A stretch of 63,598 nucleotides of DNA, filler included, from Octopus bimaculoides (Eukaryota): NCBI RefSeq assembly GCF_001194135.2. It is 6 parts of 6 records of this genome, joined end to end, with 100 filler letters (N's around TTAATTAATTAA, not from the genome) between each part and the next. Parts side by side here need not be neighbours in the genome. Positions count along the whole stretch, not along the records: positions 1 to 26,751 come from NC_068993.1; positions 26,852 to 39,670 come from NC_068984.1; 4 more parts are not named here. One strand, written 5' to 3'. Every line of letters begins with the position of its first letter. Position 1 is the first letter of the stretch. Made by a program: the position numbers and the translations under genes. Positions 24,856 through 37,158 of this stretch are shown one piece after another. The notes beneath the pieces were generated by a model, which was given only the letters and a program-made list of their open reading frames with translations, had not been told where the DNA came from and did not search any database.

Positions 24856-25873
24856 TAAACACTCTTTAGCATTTGTATGATATACATTTTATTTTGTCAC
24901 TATTGTATATCACAATTATGTGTGTGTGTGTGTGTNNNNNNNNNNNNNNNNNNNNNNNNNNNNNNNNNNNNNNNNNNNNNNNNNNNNNNNNNNNNNNNNN
25001 NNNNNNNNNNNNNNNNNNNNNNNNNNNNNNNNNNNNNNNNNNNNNNNNNNNNNNNNNNNNNNNNNNNNNNNNNNNNNNNNNNNNNNNNNNNNNNNNNNNN
25101 NNNNNNNNNNNNNNNNNNNNNNNNNNNNNNNNNNNNNNNNNNNNNNNNNNNNNNNNNNNNNNNNNNNNNNNNNNNNNNNNNNNNNNNNNNNNNNNNNNNN
25201 NNNNNNNNNNNNNNNNNNNNNNNNNNNNNNNNNNNNNNNNNNNNNNNNNNNNNNNNNNNNNNNNNNNNNNNNNNNNNNNNNNNNNNNNNNNNNNNNNNNN
25301 NNNNNNNNNNNNNNNNNNNNNNNNNNNNNNNNNNNNNNNNNNNNNNNNNNNNNNNNNNNNNNNNNNNNNNNNNNNNNNNNNNNNNNNNNNNNNNNNNNNN
25401 NNNNNNNNNNNNNNNNNNNNNNNNNNNNNNNNNNNNNNNNNNNNNNNNNNNNNNNNNNNNNNNNNNNNNNNNNNNNNNNNNNNNNNNNNNNNNNNNNNNN
25501 NNNNNNNNNNNNNNNNNNNNNNNNNNNNNNNNNNNNNNNNNNNNNNNNNNNNNNNNNNNNNNNNNNNNNNNNNNNNNNNNNNNNNNNNNNNNNNNNNNNN
25601 NNNNNNNNNNNNNNNNNNNNNNNNNNNNNNNNNNNNNNNNNNNNNNNNNNNNNNNNNNNNNNNNNNNNNNNNNNNNNNNNNNNNNNNNNNNNNNNNNNNN
25701 NNNNNNNNNNNNNNNNNNNNNNNNNNNNNNNNNNNNNNNNNNNNNNNNNNNNNNNNNNNNNNNNNNNNNNNNNNNNNNNNNNNNNNNNNNNNNNNNNNNN
25801 NNNNNNNNNNNNNNNNNNNNNNNNNNNNNNNNNNNNNNNNNNNNNNNNNNNNNNNNNNNNNNNNNNNNNNNNN

Positions 25874-25957
<84 letters not shown>

Positions 25958-26751
25958 TGCATACATATATACTTACATACATATTTACATACACAGCACA
26001 ATACATACATACACACACGCGCATCTTCTTCAACTTTATCACAGACAACGAATGTCTCTTCAAACGAGGCCACAGTCACCATGTCTGTTGCTGCTGCAAC
26101 TACTGCTGCCGCTGCTGCTGCTCCCATTCTTTATTGATCGATGTATCAGCTAGTGTTAGTGACGAATGTGGTCATGGTGCTGTAGTGTTGGAAGTGGTTT
26201 TGCCGTTGTTGCGGTGTAGGTGATAGTTCTGAAGGATTATATCAATACTGCTATTGGGGCCAATGATGATGGTTGTGCTTCCATAGTGGTGTATATTATT
26301 GCTGTTGTTGTTGTTGATGGTGGTGCCTGTGGTGGTGGTGGTGGTAGTGGTGGTGGTGGGGTAATCATTGCGTCATTGTTATTGTTGCTGTTGTTGTTGT
26401 TGTTGTTTAACCCCTGGGTTTTCTCCGATTTAGATGGTCTCTGAAGAAAGGTTTTGTAGCCAATCGTGACCACCATGTCTGCTTTCTATATCCAGGACAA
26501 TCAATATTGCCCTTCCAATCTTACGACAGTAGAGTGAAATTTGGGGGGACTTAGCTGCTATTTCTCTCCCTGAGAAAGACTCCTCCAACTTTCGTTTTGT
26601 GACAATGGTAAGGACGGAGGTAGTGGTGGTGACGTCTCCGATGGCGGCGGCGGCGGCGGCTGTGGTGGCGGCGGTGGTGGTCGTCGTCGTCGTGGCGAAC
26701 GTGGTGGTGGGGAAGGTAGTGGTGATGAATTTGAGACTAGTGATGATGACC

Positions 26752-26851
26752 NNNNNNNNNNNNNNNNNNNNNNNNNNNNNNNNNNNNNNNNNNNNTTAAT
26801 TAATTAANNNNNNNNNNNNNNNNNNNNNNNNNNNNNNNNNNNNNNNNNNNN
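26752..26851. other. Artificial linker N44-TTAATTAATTAA-N44
   Basis: 100-bp spacer with six-frame stops, identical at five places. Confidence 0.95.
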
Positions 26852-26852
26852 C

Positions 26853-27223
26853 TAATTGATGTTTCAATACCAGCAGATGACAACGTTTCTCTAAAAGAAA
26901 TGGAAAAACTTTCAAAATACAAAGACCTGGAAATAGAGATAACTCGAATGTGGAATCTAAAAACAGAAACAATTCCTATCATAGTAGGTGCCTTAGGTAT
27001 AATAAAAAAAATATTCAGACAAATACATAACAAAAACACCAGGACTTACAAATATATATAACATACAGAAAATTGCACTACTGGGTACTGCACACATTCT
27101 ACGCAAAACACTTTCAATACAGTAAACATAAGAGCACCACAGCAAACCACAGCACATACCCAAGGCGCACAGAGCTGCGCTCGGTAGTGAAGTGAAAGCA
27201 CGTTATAAAAATAAAACTACTGA
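26853..27223 (+). mobile_element. R4/Dong-type RLE LINE 3' end (tail family 1)
   Basis: LIDVSIPADDNVSLKEMEKLSKYKDLEIEITRMW...ALLGTAHILRKTL, then 3' UTR ending actactga-(ATA)n. Confidence 0.85.
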
Positions 27224-27236
27224 ATAATAATAATAA

Positions 27237-28410
27237 GTACTTAATATGAAAAGAGGGGAAGAAAGTAGCCTGCAGAGGATTGCGGTTACCATCAGGAGAG
27301 ACCATAGGTGAACCCGACGGTAGTGAGTATAGATAGTTAGGGACTTTGGAGCTGGATGACATTCTACACAAAGAAAGGAAAGTCAAGGGTGATGATGGTG
27401 TTGAAATCCAACCTGAATGCCAAAAATGTGTTTACTGCAATGAATATCTGGGCAGTTGCAGTGGTCAAATATAGTGCGTCCATCCTCAAATGGACTAAGG
27501 AGGAAATATCAACACTGGATAGAAGGATGAGAAAGTTGATGACGCTGCATGGGACGCTACACCCTAAAGCAAACGTAAACAGACTATATGAAAAGAAAGA
27601 ATGGTGACAGAGGACTAATTAACATAGATCATTGTATAAGGAGTGAAAAGAGAGCGTTTGTCGAGTATTTGATAAATAGTGATGAAGACCTGCTGCAATA
27701 TACCGCAAAAGATATGGGTGTAAATGCAGATAAAATGATGGGTAAGGAGGGGGTTTAACCAAAGAGCTGAGGAAAAGAGAAAAGAAGACCTTGAAATGCG
27801 AATGCATGGACAGTTTGAAAGGAATACACAAGACATTAAGGATAATACAGTATCGTGGGCATGGCTTAAGCGAGGTGATTTGAAGTGTACCACCGAAAGC
27901 CTGATTATTGCTGCACAAGACCAGGCTCTCGCTACCAATTCAGTGAAGTATAATATCTATAAAACTTCTGACACTCAAAAATGCAGACTCTGTGGAAAGA
28001 GTGTGGAAAATGTGACCCACTTGGTAAATGTATGTGAGAGCCTTGCATAAAAGGAATACAAGCGCCGCCACGATGAAGTGCGTGTATATCTTCATTGGCT
28101 CTTATGCGGTAAATACCAATATGAAGTAACAGAGAACTGGTATGAGCATGTACCATGCAAAGTTATGCAGGAGGATGGAAAAATAACAATACACTGGGAC
28201 TATGATTTTCAGACGGATCGTGTAATCGAACACCGTTGGCCGGATATTGCCATATTGAATAAGAGAGATAAATACTGTCAGATCATTGATGAAGCCATAC
28301 CAAATGACATGAATGTTGAGAAAAGAGGTTGAAAAAATCACCAAGTACTCCGAATTGAAAGTGGAAATGGCAAGAGGGTGATGTAAAAGTGGAATGCGAG
28401 AGGGTAATAA
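27237..28410 (+). pseudogene. R4/Dong-type LINE ORF remnant (post-RT, CCHC, RLE)
   Basis: NVFTAMNIWAVAVVKYSA; AAQDQAL; CRLC..SVENVTHLVNVC; RRHD; HWDYDFQTD...WPDIAI...IIDEAIPND; several stops and frameshifts. Confidence 0.9.
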
Positions 28411-28577
28411 CATACATAACATACAGAAAATTACACTACTGGGCACTGCACACATTCTACGCAAAACACTTTCAATACAGTAACCATAAGAGCATCACAG
28501 CAAACCAAAGCACATACCCAAGGCACAAAGAGCTATGCTCGGTAGTGAAGTGAAAGCACGCTATAAAAATAAAACTA

Positions 28578-28581
<4 letters not shown>
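28408..28581 (+). mobile_element. Second copy of tail-family-1 3' end
   Basis: Near-identical to 27058-27223; followed by (TAA)n. Confidence 0.85.
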
Positions 28582-28657
<76 letters not shown>

Positions 28658-28658
28658 G

Positions 28659-29219
28659 TGCCCTGATGCAGTACCAAGCAATGCCCCTCATGGTTTCTGA
28701 CATTAACTGATTGGAAATATTATGTACATTATTTTGTCTTGATATAAAAGATGGGCTACAGCTAATATTCTGCTCAATACCACAGATTTGCTTTCAGCTG
28801 CTTGACCTTAACCAGTTGAGCAAGTCACTTAGTAGCTGACAATATGTGCTTCTCTGACCACGAGCAGAAGTAGTGGGGAAGCATCATAGCCATGTGTTGA
28901 GAGGAATTCTGTGAGGTTTGGATAATTCACCTGGATAATTTTATTGGAAACATGGGTATTTTGCTCATCATCCTTAAACAACAATCTTAAACAACCCTTT
29001 TGACGGGTTGCGCTACTCGACTTGAAGAAAATTCTAACTGTGCCTCACTTGCAAGGTCATGCGCTGTTTATCTTGATATGAGATCACCATGTCACGCACA
29101 TATGTTTGTGATGCATGTGCTTGGTATACCCTTATCACACGGGTAGTCATGATGGGTATACTGAGCTTTGTATATTTTACCCCAGTGTCACTTTGATGGC
29201 ATGCACAGCTCTCACACTC

Positions 29220-29220
<1 letters not shown>
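28659..29220 (+). mobile_element. ~555-bp TAA-associated element, copy 2 (complete)
   Basis: Starts TGCCCTGATG, ends CTCACACTCA; (TAA)n on both sides; no long ORF. Confidence 0.85.
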
Positions 29221-29269
<49 letters not shown>

Positions 29270-29277
29270 TAATAATA

Positions 29278-29309
<32 letters not shown>

Positions 29310-29314
29310 GGTGA

Positions 29315-29556
29315 TAATCCGGTAACAACAGGATCAATGTGAAATAAGAAGAGAAAATAAACAACTATGACTGAAAATGATTGGTGCAAGTTTGAAGGTA
29401 GAATGCCTACAAAAGTCATCATTGATTGGAACTGCAACAATTCTTAGCAGGGTTCTTGAAGCATGACTAGTAAACAAGTGTCACCTTAGTCTGCTGGCTG
29501 TAGACGGCGGACACTTTCCCTCATACCCAGCAAACTAAGCTGTGAATTTTTATCAC
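29315..29556 (+). mobile_element. R4/Dong-type LINE 3' end (tail family 2)
   Basis: IGTATILSRVLEA*, then 3' UTR ttagtctgctggctgt..acactttcc.tcatacccagcaaa shared with 35565-35660; ends in (TAA)n. Confidence 0.75.
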
Positions 29557-29636
<80 letters not shown>

Positions 29637-29639
29637 TTT

Positions 29640-29848
29640 TCTACTATAGGCGCAAGGTCTGGAATTTTATCAGGTGGTGGCTAGTCTGTTACACTGATCC
29701 TAGTACTCGATTTGTACCTATTTTAACGATCCGAAAGGATGAAAGGCAACATTCACCTCGGCGGAATTTTAACTCGCAACGTAAAAAAACAGAAGAAATG
29801 TTGCTAAGCATTTCGTCCGACGCGCTCACATTTCTGCCAGCTCGCCGT
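29640..29848 (-). mobile_element. SINE family B whose (ATT)n tail adjoins the LINE stack
   Basis: Minus-strand head ggcgagctggcagaaatg...; tail ...cctatagtagaaaaattattatt. Confidence 0.8.
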
Positions 29849-29984
29849 TGGCATCTAATAGTTGATATCAATAACAGAAAACACAATTTTTCGTTCTTTT
29901 GTTTCAGGTTTACTTAGGATATTTACTTCAACAATTAGAAAACTAAAGATTTGTTCACGATGACGATTCTCAACATTTCTAGGG

Positions 29985-30265
29985 AACTAGACATAAATGG
30001 ATTGACATAAATTTTCGAGGCATATTAATTAGACTAATATAAATGTTCTACACTTGATTAATAAGATTAACATAAATGTTCTAGACATGATTAATCAGAT
30101 TAAAATAAATTCCCCAAGATAACTGCAGCTTTAAAGCTGAAACATTTTAAAGAGATTTTAAAAAACACAAATTAAAGAGGTTAACATAAATGTTCTCGAT
30201 AGATTAATTAGATTAACGTGAATATCTTCTATATAATAAAATACATTAGCATGACTTTTCTAGAC
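29985..30265 (+). repeat. Degenerate ~33-bp minisatellite
   Basis: Recurring gattaacataaatgttctagacatgattaat-like units. Confidence 0.55.
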
Positions 30266-30806
30266 ACAAATACAGTACAGTAATTTACTAGAGATAGTAT
30301 ATTGTGTAAATGATGTATATATTTAAAAGAAAACGCTTTAAGCAATGAAGGTGAATTACCAATAAAAAGTCACAAAGACGAGATATTGCATTAGCCTACA
30401 TAGAATGTTGTTAAAGCTTCTATCACATTTCAAGAAATCTCAGATTATTTTTCTCTCTTCTATTTGATAAGAAGAAGCTTTCCTGAAATACAAAAGCAAC
30501 ATTAAACATCCTATGTAAAATAATACTATATCTGGTCTTAGTCTTTATTGGCATCACTATCCATAATTTACCTAAATTCTCACTTGCATTTCTTAAAGGT
30601 CTTCTTAAAAATATTTCTACCAAAACTAGCATTAACTTTCTAGTCATTATTAAAAAGATCAAAATTTTGGTATACATAATTAAGGCAGTATTTAGTTAAA
30701 ATAGTCATCTACGTATCATACGTAACGTATGCATACTGTCAATGGCCCATTTACTGCAGTATTTCTTATGGGATAATATTTATAATGGACTAGTTGTGTT
30801 AAAAAT

Positions 30807-30850
<44 letters not shown>

Positions 30851-30934
30851 GGAAAGGCGAAAATTCGTCTCCTTAGCAGTTAGCGTGAGTGCCAAAGGTA
30901 TTTCGGCTTTATTTGGGTGTTTTCAATGACTCGT

Positions 30935-31036
30935 ACTCAGGCACAATCAGACACATATAGGACACTCACACACTCGCACTCAGGCACAATCAGACACATA
31001 TAGGACACTCACACACTCGCACTCAGGCACACTCGC
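30935..31036 (+). repeat. 43-bp tandem duplication (2 exact copies plus partial)
   Basis: actcaggcacaatcagacacatataggacactcacacactcgc at 30935 and 30978. Confidence 0.9.
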
Positions 31037-31754
31037 AATCAGGCACAAAAAGGGAATAATACATTCACTAATTTTGCGAATAGCCTTCCGACTGATTAAA
31101 ATATTGAGGCAGAATTTAATTGAAATAGATACCTATGGGACGTATTATCATCTCTCATATTTATTGTGCTTTTAACACAATAAGTCCATAGCTGATATTA
31201 TCGTATGACAAATTTGCAGTAACTGCCCTATTGATAATGTGTATATATTGATAATCTCGAAAAATGATAAAGTAGTTGAAACTTTTTGATTCAGAGGATA
31301 CATGATGTAATAACACAGCACTGGGGCATGACGAGGCAAGACTGTTATTGTGGTTGCTTTAACACCAGACCAGATATGAATGAGTACACTTATGACCAAA
31401 GGAACTTCAACGCACTTTCAAACATAGTGTATTTAGAACTACATTATTCAATGAGTATTTTCTGCTTTAAAACTGTTGTCATGGATTTGTAGGGATGTTT
31501 GCCTTCTATTTCTAGGCGGTCTAGTGACTATGTAGAGTGTCCTTCGCTGAGTGGTATTAGGTGAGACGTAAACCTGAGGTCGACACACAGAGGAAACTGC
31601 ACTAATATTAAATAATAATACAAACGGACGTTTATTACAAATGTAGACTAGAGATGTGTACGAAGGGGTTACAGAAATATTTTCTACCAACATAAACACT
31701 GGCCATAATGATTTCTGATTTGGGTGAAAGATCAACAATGCTAAGGGAAGTGAA

Positions 31755-31862
31755 TTAGTCTATACCATCGCTCCAGTACTTGACTAGTACTTTATTTTAT
31801 CGACTGCAGAAGGATGAAAGGGAAAGTTGACCTCAGCGGGATTTCAACTCAGAAAATAAAGA
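31755..31862 (-). mobile_element. SINE family B fragment
   Basis: ctagtacttattttatcgactgcagaaggatgaaagggaaagttgacctcagcgggatttcaactcagaa is the reverse of the B body. Confidence 0.65.
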
Positions 31863-31879
31863 GATGGAATATCTTTAAT

Positions 31880-32840
31880 TCAGCGCTTTGACTGCCAGGT
31901 CAGGGATTTCAGTACGTTATTCATGGGTCCCGGCCCAAAAGTCCCATGAAACAGACCAGCCAATTGATTCACGTCGGCGCTCAGAGTCTCCCCGAGAACG
32001 TCGCACTTGCCTGCCACTGATCCTCTTTAGAATGCCAAAGTGGAACTTCTACCGACCGTATTGCCGACTGACAGAGAACTGTGATCTCCTGACGACATTC
32101 TAGGTACCAGGGACCCTGCTTCGGTCTACGCTTGATCTAGATTGATTCTGCAACACAGACAAAAGGACAAAATCTGGAAGAGCGAAACCGACAAACGGTT
32201 TTCATAAGTTCTTGTCTGTGCCCATGGTCGTGTAATTGATGATGCCTTGGGAGTGTTGTTTGATTGGATTGCTAGGTGTTTTCATTTATTGAGGTTGGTA
32301 GTGTTTGTAGAGTTGGAGGTGTTTGTAATTGTTTTGGTGAAGAGTATGTAAGATGGTTTCTTGGTTTCTGTGTCTCCTCTTCTTACCTCTTCGTTTTCAG
32401 TCCTTTACCGCACTTTTCATTTGGTAATTTTTTTCTCCTTTTTCCTTACACCAGAATCCATTCTGGTGGTTTTCTCAAACTGTTTTCCTCGGTAGACGAG
32501 TTTTTACAGTCGGAGAACTCTGTAGCAGGGGGAGAGGTGTGTCTGCACAGTCACGCATTTCAAAGCTGGCAATCCGATCGACTGGTGTGGGTAAGGCTTC
32601 TCTCAGTTGCGATGATGTAGGTGATGTTATTATTTTTCTTGGGTGTAGTACTGATACTTGCTGCTAATGTTGTTGAACGGATATCTCCAGCTGCACCTTC
32701 TGTTGATGCCGTTGTTGTTTTGGATGCTGCTGCTCTTGGCGCTGATGCTGAGAGTGTTGTTGTTGTTGGTGCTGCTGCTGTTGCTTTTGATGTTGTTGTT
32801 GTGTTAGGGACATCTGCAGCTGCGGGAACTTGCGTTTCTT
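31880..32840 (-). mobile_element. Possible degraded LINE ORF1-like remnant
   Basis: Minus strand gives Thr/Ala/Gln-rich then Lys/Arg-rich low-complexity peptide with stops; no diagnostic motif. Confidence 0.2.
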
Positions 32841-32959
32841 AAGCCTTTAAGTGGTTTGTCTCGTCAAAAATGTGGGATCTCAGCTTTCTACCCTCAACTG
32901 CTACGAATAGCTGTGTTATATTAAGGAGATTGATCAGATCAGAGATGATTTCGATGATC

Positions 32960-33500
32960 GGCCTGTATCAATAATTTCATTCCCGTGCCTGACCAATTTT
33001 CATTCTCCATTTTGTGCACTTGGAGAATTATTGCTTTATTCTCTATGTCGCATAATACGGTTGCCACTGGTAGAGATATACACTTCTGGTAGTACCTCTA
33101 CTACTTTTATTTTAATCACTCGCCGACCGAGATATATCGGAATTAGACACAATCCTTTTCTTTTGAAGGTTGTTGCACTTTGTTTTTCTTTTTCTTTCTT
33201 CAGTTAGGAATCTCACCTCAACTGTGCTACAATGTCTCCCATGGGCGGCATAATTTTTTTATCCCCCAGACTAGTCTGAGGCAATTTTCAATCTAGACAT
33301 GCGTCGCTTGCTCCAGTTTCCTGGTTTTTGTTGAAATACATTTGTAAATAATGGTTTCTTTCGAGTAGTTTCCTGCGTTTCCTCTGGTGTGTTTAGAAAT
33401 ATTATTCTGCCGTTCTTTGTTAAGTGTGCTTTGGCGTCACTCAACGTTTTCTTCTGACAGGTCAATTTCCTCCAGTCGACGGCACTTGAGTGACATAATT
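32960..33500 (-). mobile_element. Penelope-like element remnant (RT C-terminus plus GIY-YIG)
   Basis: AHLTKNGRIIF (LxxNGYP-like); MGDIVAQLR (YxGET..LRxR-like); IKVVEVL...RHRE..IILQVHK; degraded. Confidence 0.45.
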
Positions 33501-33954
33501 CCTATTTTGTTTACAAATAGGAACAGCCACTGCTTGTTTTGTACTGATATTTATGTTGGTAGTGGCAGTGGTAGTGGAGGTGTTGCTGTTGGGGCGGTGG
33601 TGTAGGTCGAACTTGTGTAGCTTTTAATTTCATTCTGCTCGTCATTGCTAATACTGTTATTCCTATTGTTATTGTTGTTGTTTGTGATTTGTCCCTCTTC
33701 TATATCAAATACTTGTGGGAAAATAATGACGTAATGGCTGCTCCAACAGCTATCACTTCCCTCGAATTGGGACGCCACATTGTTACTTTTCAGTTTTACA
33801 ATATTTAAAATCTTAAAATTCCTCCTTAAAGAGTGAACTGGCTTATTTAGTAAGTAGTGCAACAAAAATTCGAGCACCAAATAAAACAAGAAAACCTACC
33901 AGCCACGAACAAGGGTCTTTTCTTTCCAAACACTAATAATAATAATATAAACGT

Positions 33955-34018
33955 TGCAGCAGACGAAATACCGCTAAGCATTTCGCCCGGCATGTAACGA
34001 TTCTGCCAGCTCGCAGCC

Positions 34019-34019
<1 letters not shown>
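33955..34019 (-). mobile_element. SINE family B head
   Basis: Reverse complement aggctgcgagctggcagaatcgtt...cgggcgaaatgcttagcggtatttcg. Confidence 0.75.
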
Positions 34020-34051
<32 letters not shown>

Positions 34052-34052
<1 letters not shown>

Positions 34053-34585
34053 GTGATGAAAATGGTGCAGACCCAAAGTGCCGATAGTGCAACGACGGGA
34101 TTGAAACAGTGGACCACCTAATCTTTGGGTGTAAGGTTTTAACACCTTTAGATTACAAATCAAAACATGATGGAGTTGGCCAATATCTATCCTGAGACTG
34201 TAACTGAGGGAGAAATTGCAACGATTCATTGGGACTTTCCAGTATGTACAGACCGGACCATCAAAGCAAATAAACCAGATATTGTTGTGAAAGACCAAAA
34301 CAATAAAGTCTGTTTATTGATTAGCATTAGCATTCCTGTGACTATAATATCTCGGCAAAAGAATTTGATAAGCTCAGAAAATATAAAGATTTGCAAATCG
34401 ACATCGAAAAGATGTGGCATCTCAAGACAGTTACAATACCAGTGATTGTAGGAGCACTTGGAATGATCAAAAAAGGAACTGAAAGTTATTTAAGAATGAT
34501 TCCTGGCTTATCATCCATACAGGAAGTGCAAAAGAATGTCTTAACTGGTACGTCACACATACTGAGAAGAGCATTGTCGCCGTGA
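34052..34585 (+). mobile_element. R4/Dong-type LINE RLE fragment
   Basis: IHWDFPVCTDRTIKANKPDIVVKDQNNKVCLLI; IEKMWHLKTVTIPVIVGALG...TGTSHILRRALS; preceded by (TAA)n. Confidence 0.85.
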
Positions 34586-34786
34586 ATTTTCTTTCCCTTT
34601 TATTTTCTTTGTTTATCTTTTTATTCTTCATTTTTTCCGTTTTCTCTCTGCCCCCCCCCTTTTTTTCTTTATCATATGACATTGTAAATGAACAATCTGG
34701 TGTGTTTATTTTAATGGCTTACTACTGTATACAGTGTGTTTCTCTGCCTTAGATGTCAGGAAGAGACTCAACAAGAAATGGAAACA

Positions 34787-34850
<64 letters not shown>

Positions 34851-34853
<3 letters not shown>

Positions 34854-35660
34854 GAAATGGCATGGAGAAAAAATTTACGGTCAGTTTTGCAAGGGATATG
34901 AGCGCAAAGATAAAGGGAGAAAGTCGGTTAAGTGATTTGAAAGTAGAGATAGTAGTAATGTGGCACAAAAAAGCAAGTATTGAGGACAAACTATCTGAAG
35001 TGCCGAATGGAAAAAAACGACCGAGAATGATAAATTCAGATTCTGTGGTGAGAGGATGAAACAATGTGGCGCATGGTTAGTGAGTGCCTGAATTTGGCAC
35101 AACGCGAATACAAAAGGCGACATGACAATGTGGCAAGAATGATCCGTTCGGAACTTTGTAGAAATTATTACCTAGAAAGATAAAAAATGTGGTATGACCA
35201 AATTCCGGAAGAAGTAACTGAGAATGAGAATCGCAAAATCCTGTAGTATGCAATGTCTCAGTGTTATCACCAGATTAAACATAGAAAATCTAAGATTCTT
35301 GTAGTGAACAATGCTGAAAAGAAAAACATACTTGATAATTGACATAGCATGTCCTGGTGAAAACAGGGTTGAAAAGAAAGAAGATAAAGTGAACAACTAT
35401 GATGAATTAAGGGGGGAAATACGCAGGTTGCGGGCAATGAAGAAAGATGTGATAACAGTACCAACTACTTATATAACTCAAAAAGATTGGAACGAATGGA
35501 ATGTTAGAACACCTACAAAAATCATCATTGCTTGGAATTTCAAGAGTACTTCGCAGTGTTCTTGAAGCATAATCAGTAAACACGTGCCACTTTAGTCTGC
35601 TGGCTGTGGACAGCTGACACTTTCCATCATACCCAGCAAAATAAAGCTGAAATTTTTTCA
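34851..35660 (+). mobile_element. R4/Dong-type LINE fragment (tail family 2)
   Basis: KKWHGEKIYGQF; RRHDNVAR; LIIDIACPGENRVEKKEDKVNNYDEL; 3' UTR shared with 29460-29556; preceded by (TAA)n. Confidence 0.8.
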
Positions 35661-36235
35661 CGCTAGAAAACAAAGTGAATTACCAAGGCGATAAATGAAA
35701 GCAAGAAAAATAATAATTGTATTTAGAATACGGCGCTCAAAATACGATACAGAAGAATATTAACTTTATCTGCAACTAGAACAATAAAGCAAAAAAGTAA
35801 AAAAAAAAAAAAAAGGAAAATTTAACTGCAAGACTATGAAAATATTTTGAAAAGAAAAGTATTAAGAATTTAATGAATGACATTAAAACAAAACCAGTTG
35901 CTTCTCTTCAAGGGAACCAAGAAAGCTGAGTAAGCGTACAACTGCGAGGCGAGGTTGAGACAATAACTGAAACTATTAAAAAGCCAACAACTAAATTGGT
36001 AATAATATATAAAATGTCATGCTCAGACATTGACAGGAAAATCATTGGCATAGCCAGCAGTTGATACGACTCTGCATAGCGGTAGTCATTATAGAAAAAA
36101 AAAAGGAAAGAACATGATCAATAGAGAATTCCTGAAACTGAAGGGTATTTCAGTTCAGTTTAAGACCAACACTTTTCTACCACAAAAATATAATGAAATA
36201 ATATTTCATTATATTATGAAGAAAAAAGGTGCCGA

Positions 36236-36779
36236 ACTGGCAGAATCTTGACCGCACCGGACGAAATGCTAAGCGGCATTTCTTCCGACTTTACGTTCCG
36301 AGGTCAAATGCAGTCGGGATTGACTTAGTCTTTCATTTGTTCAGGGTCGATAAAATAAGTGTCAGTTGAACACTGGGGTCGATGTAATCAATTTTCTCCT
36401 CTTCCGAAATTGTTGGCTATTATACAGAATAAAGTAGCAAATTGATGGAATCATTGGTTCGGTAGACAAAAATATTCAGCAGTATTTCTTGCTCTTGTTC
36501 TGAGTTCAAAACATCTGAGGTTATCTTCGCTTTTCATTTCTACGGGGTAGATAAAATAATGTACCAATCAAGTACTGGAGTCGATTTAATTGACTTTTCC
36601 CCTCCCCTGAAAATTACTGGACTTGAGTCAAAATCTGCTTAGCGGCGTTTCTTCCGTTTATTCGCCCAGAGTTCAAATTACGCCGAGTTCGACTTTGCCT
36701 TTTATCATTTCAGTGTCGATGAAGTACCACTTGAACCCCAACCCTCCAAATTTCAGGCCTTGTGCCCATAGCAGAAAGG

Positions 36780-36822
<43 letters not shown>

Positions 36823-37140
36823 TCATTATTATTCGGGGTCGATGAATTAAGTACCAGTGAATCACTGGGGTCCATGTAAACGACTCATCCCCTCCCTCAA
36901 AATGGTTGCCCTTGTGGCAAAATTTGAAGCCATCATTATTATTATCAGTATTATTAAGGCCGCAAACTGACAGTCTATAGCACTCCGGGCAAAATGCTTA
37001 GTACTATTTCGTCCGGGCAAAATGCCTAGTGCCTTTTATCCTTTCGAGGTCAATGAAGTAAGTACCAGTTACGCATCAGGGATCGATGTAATCGACTAGC
37101 TCCCTCCCAGGTTTTCAGGCCTCGTGCCATTAGTAGAAAG
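36236..37140 (+). mobile_element. Cluster of about 5 diverged SINE B copies, all plus strand
   Basis: Repeated ttcat....ggggtcgata..ataagt.cc/gtcagt cores near 36330, 36530, 36700, 36840 and 37040. Confidence 0.7.
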
Positions 37141-37158
37141 GATTGTTATTATTATCAT

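Noticed and set aside
29907-29960. Strong plus-strand acceptor tcgttcttttgtttcAG|GT
   Set aside because: All frames close within about 60 nt and no donor follows.
30935-31036. 43-bp and other short tandem repeats as CRISPR-like arrays
   Set aside because: No unique spacers, eukaryotic context, no cas genes.
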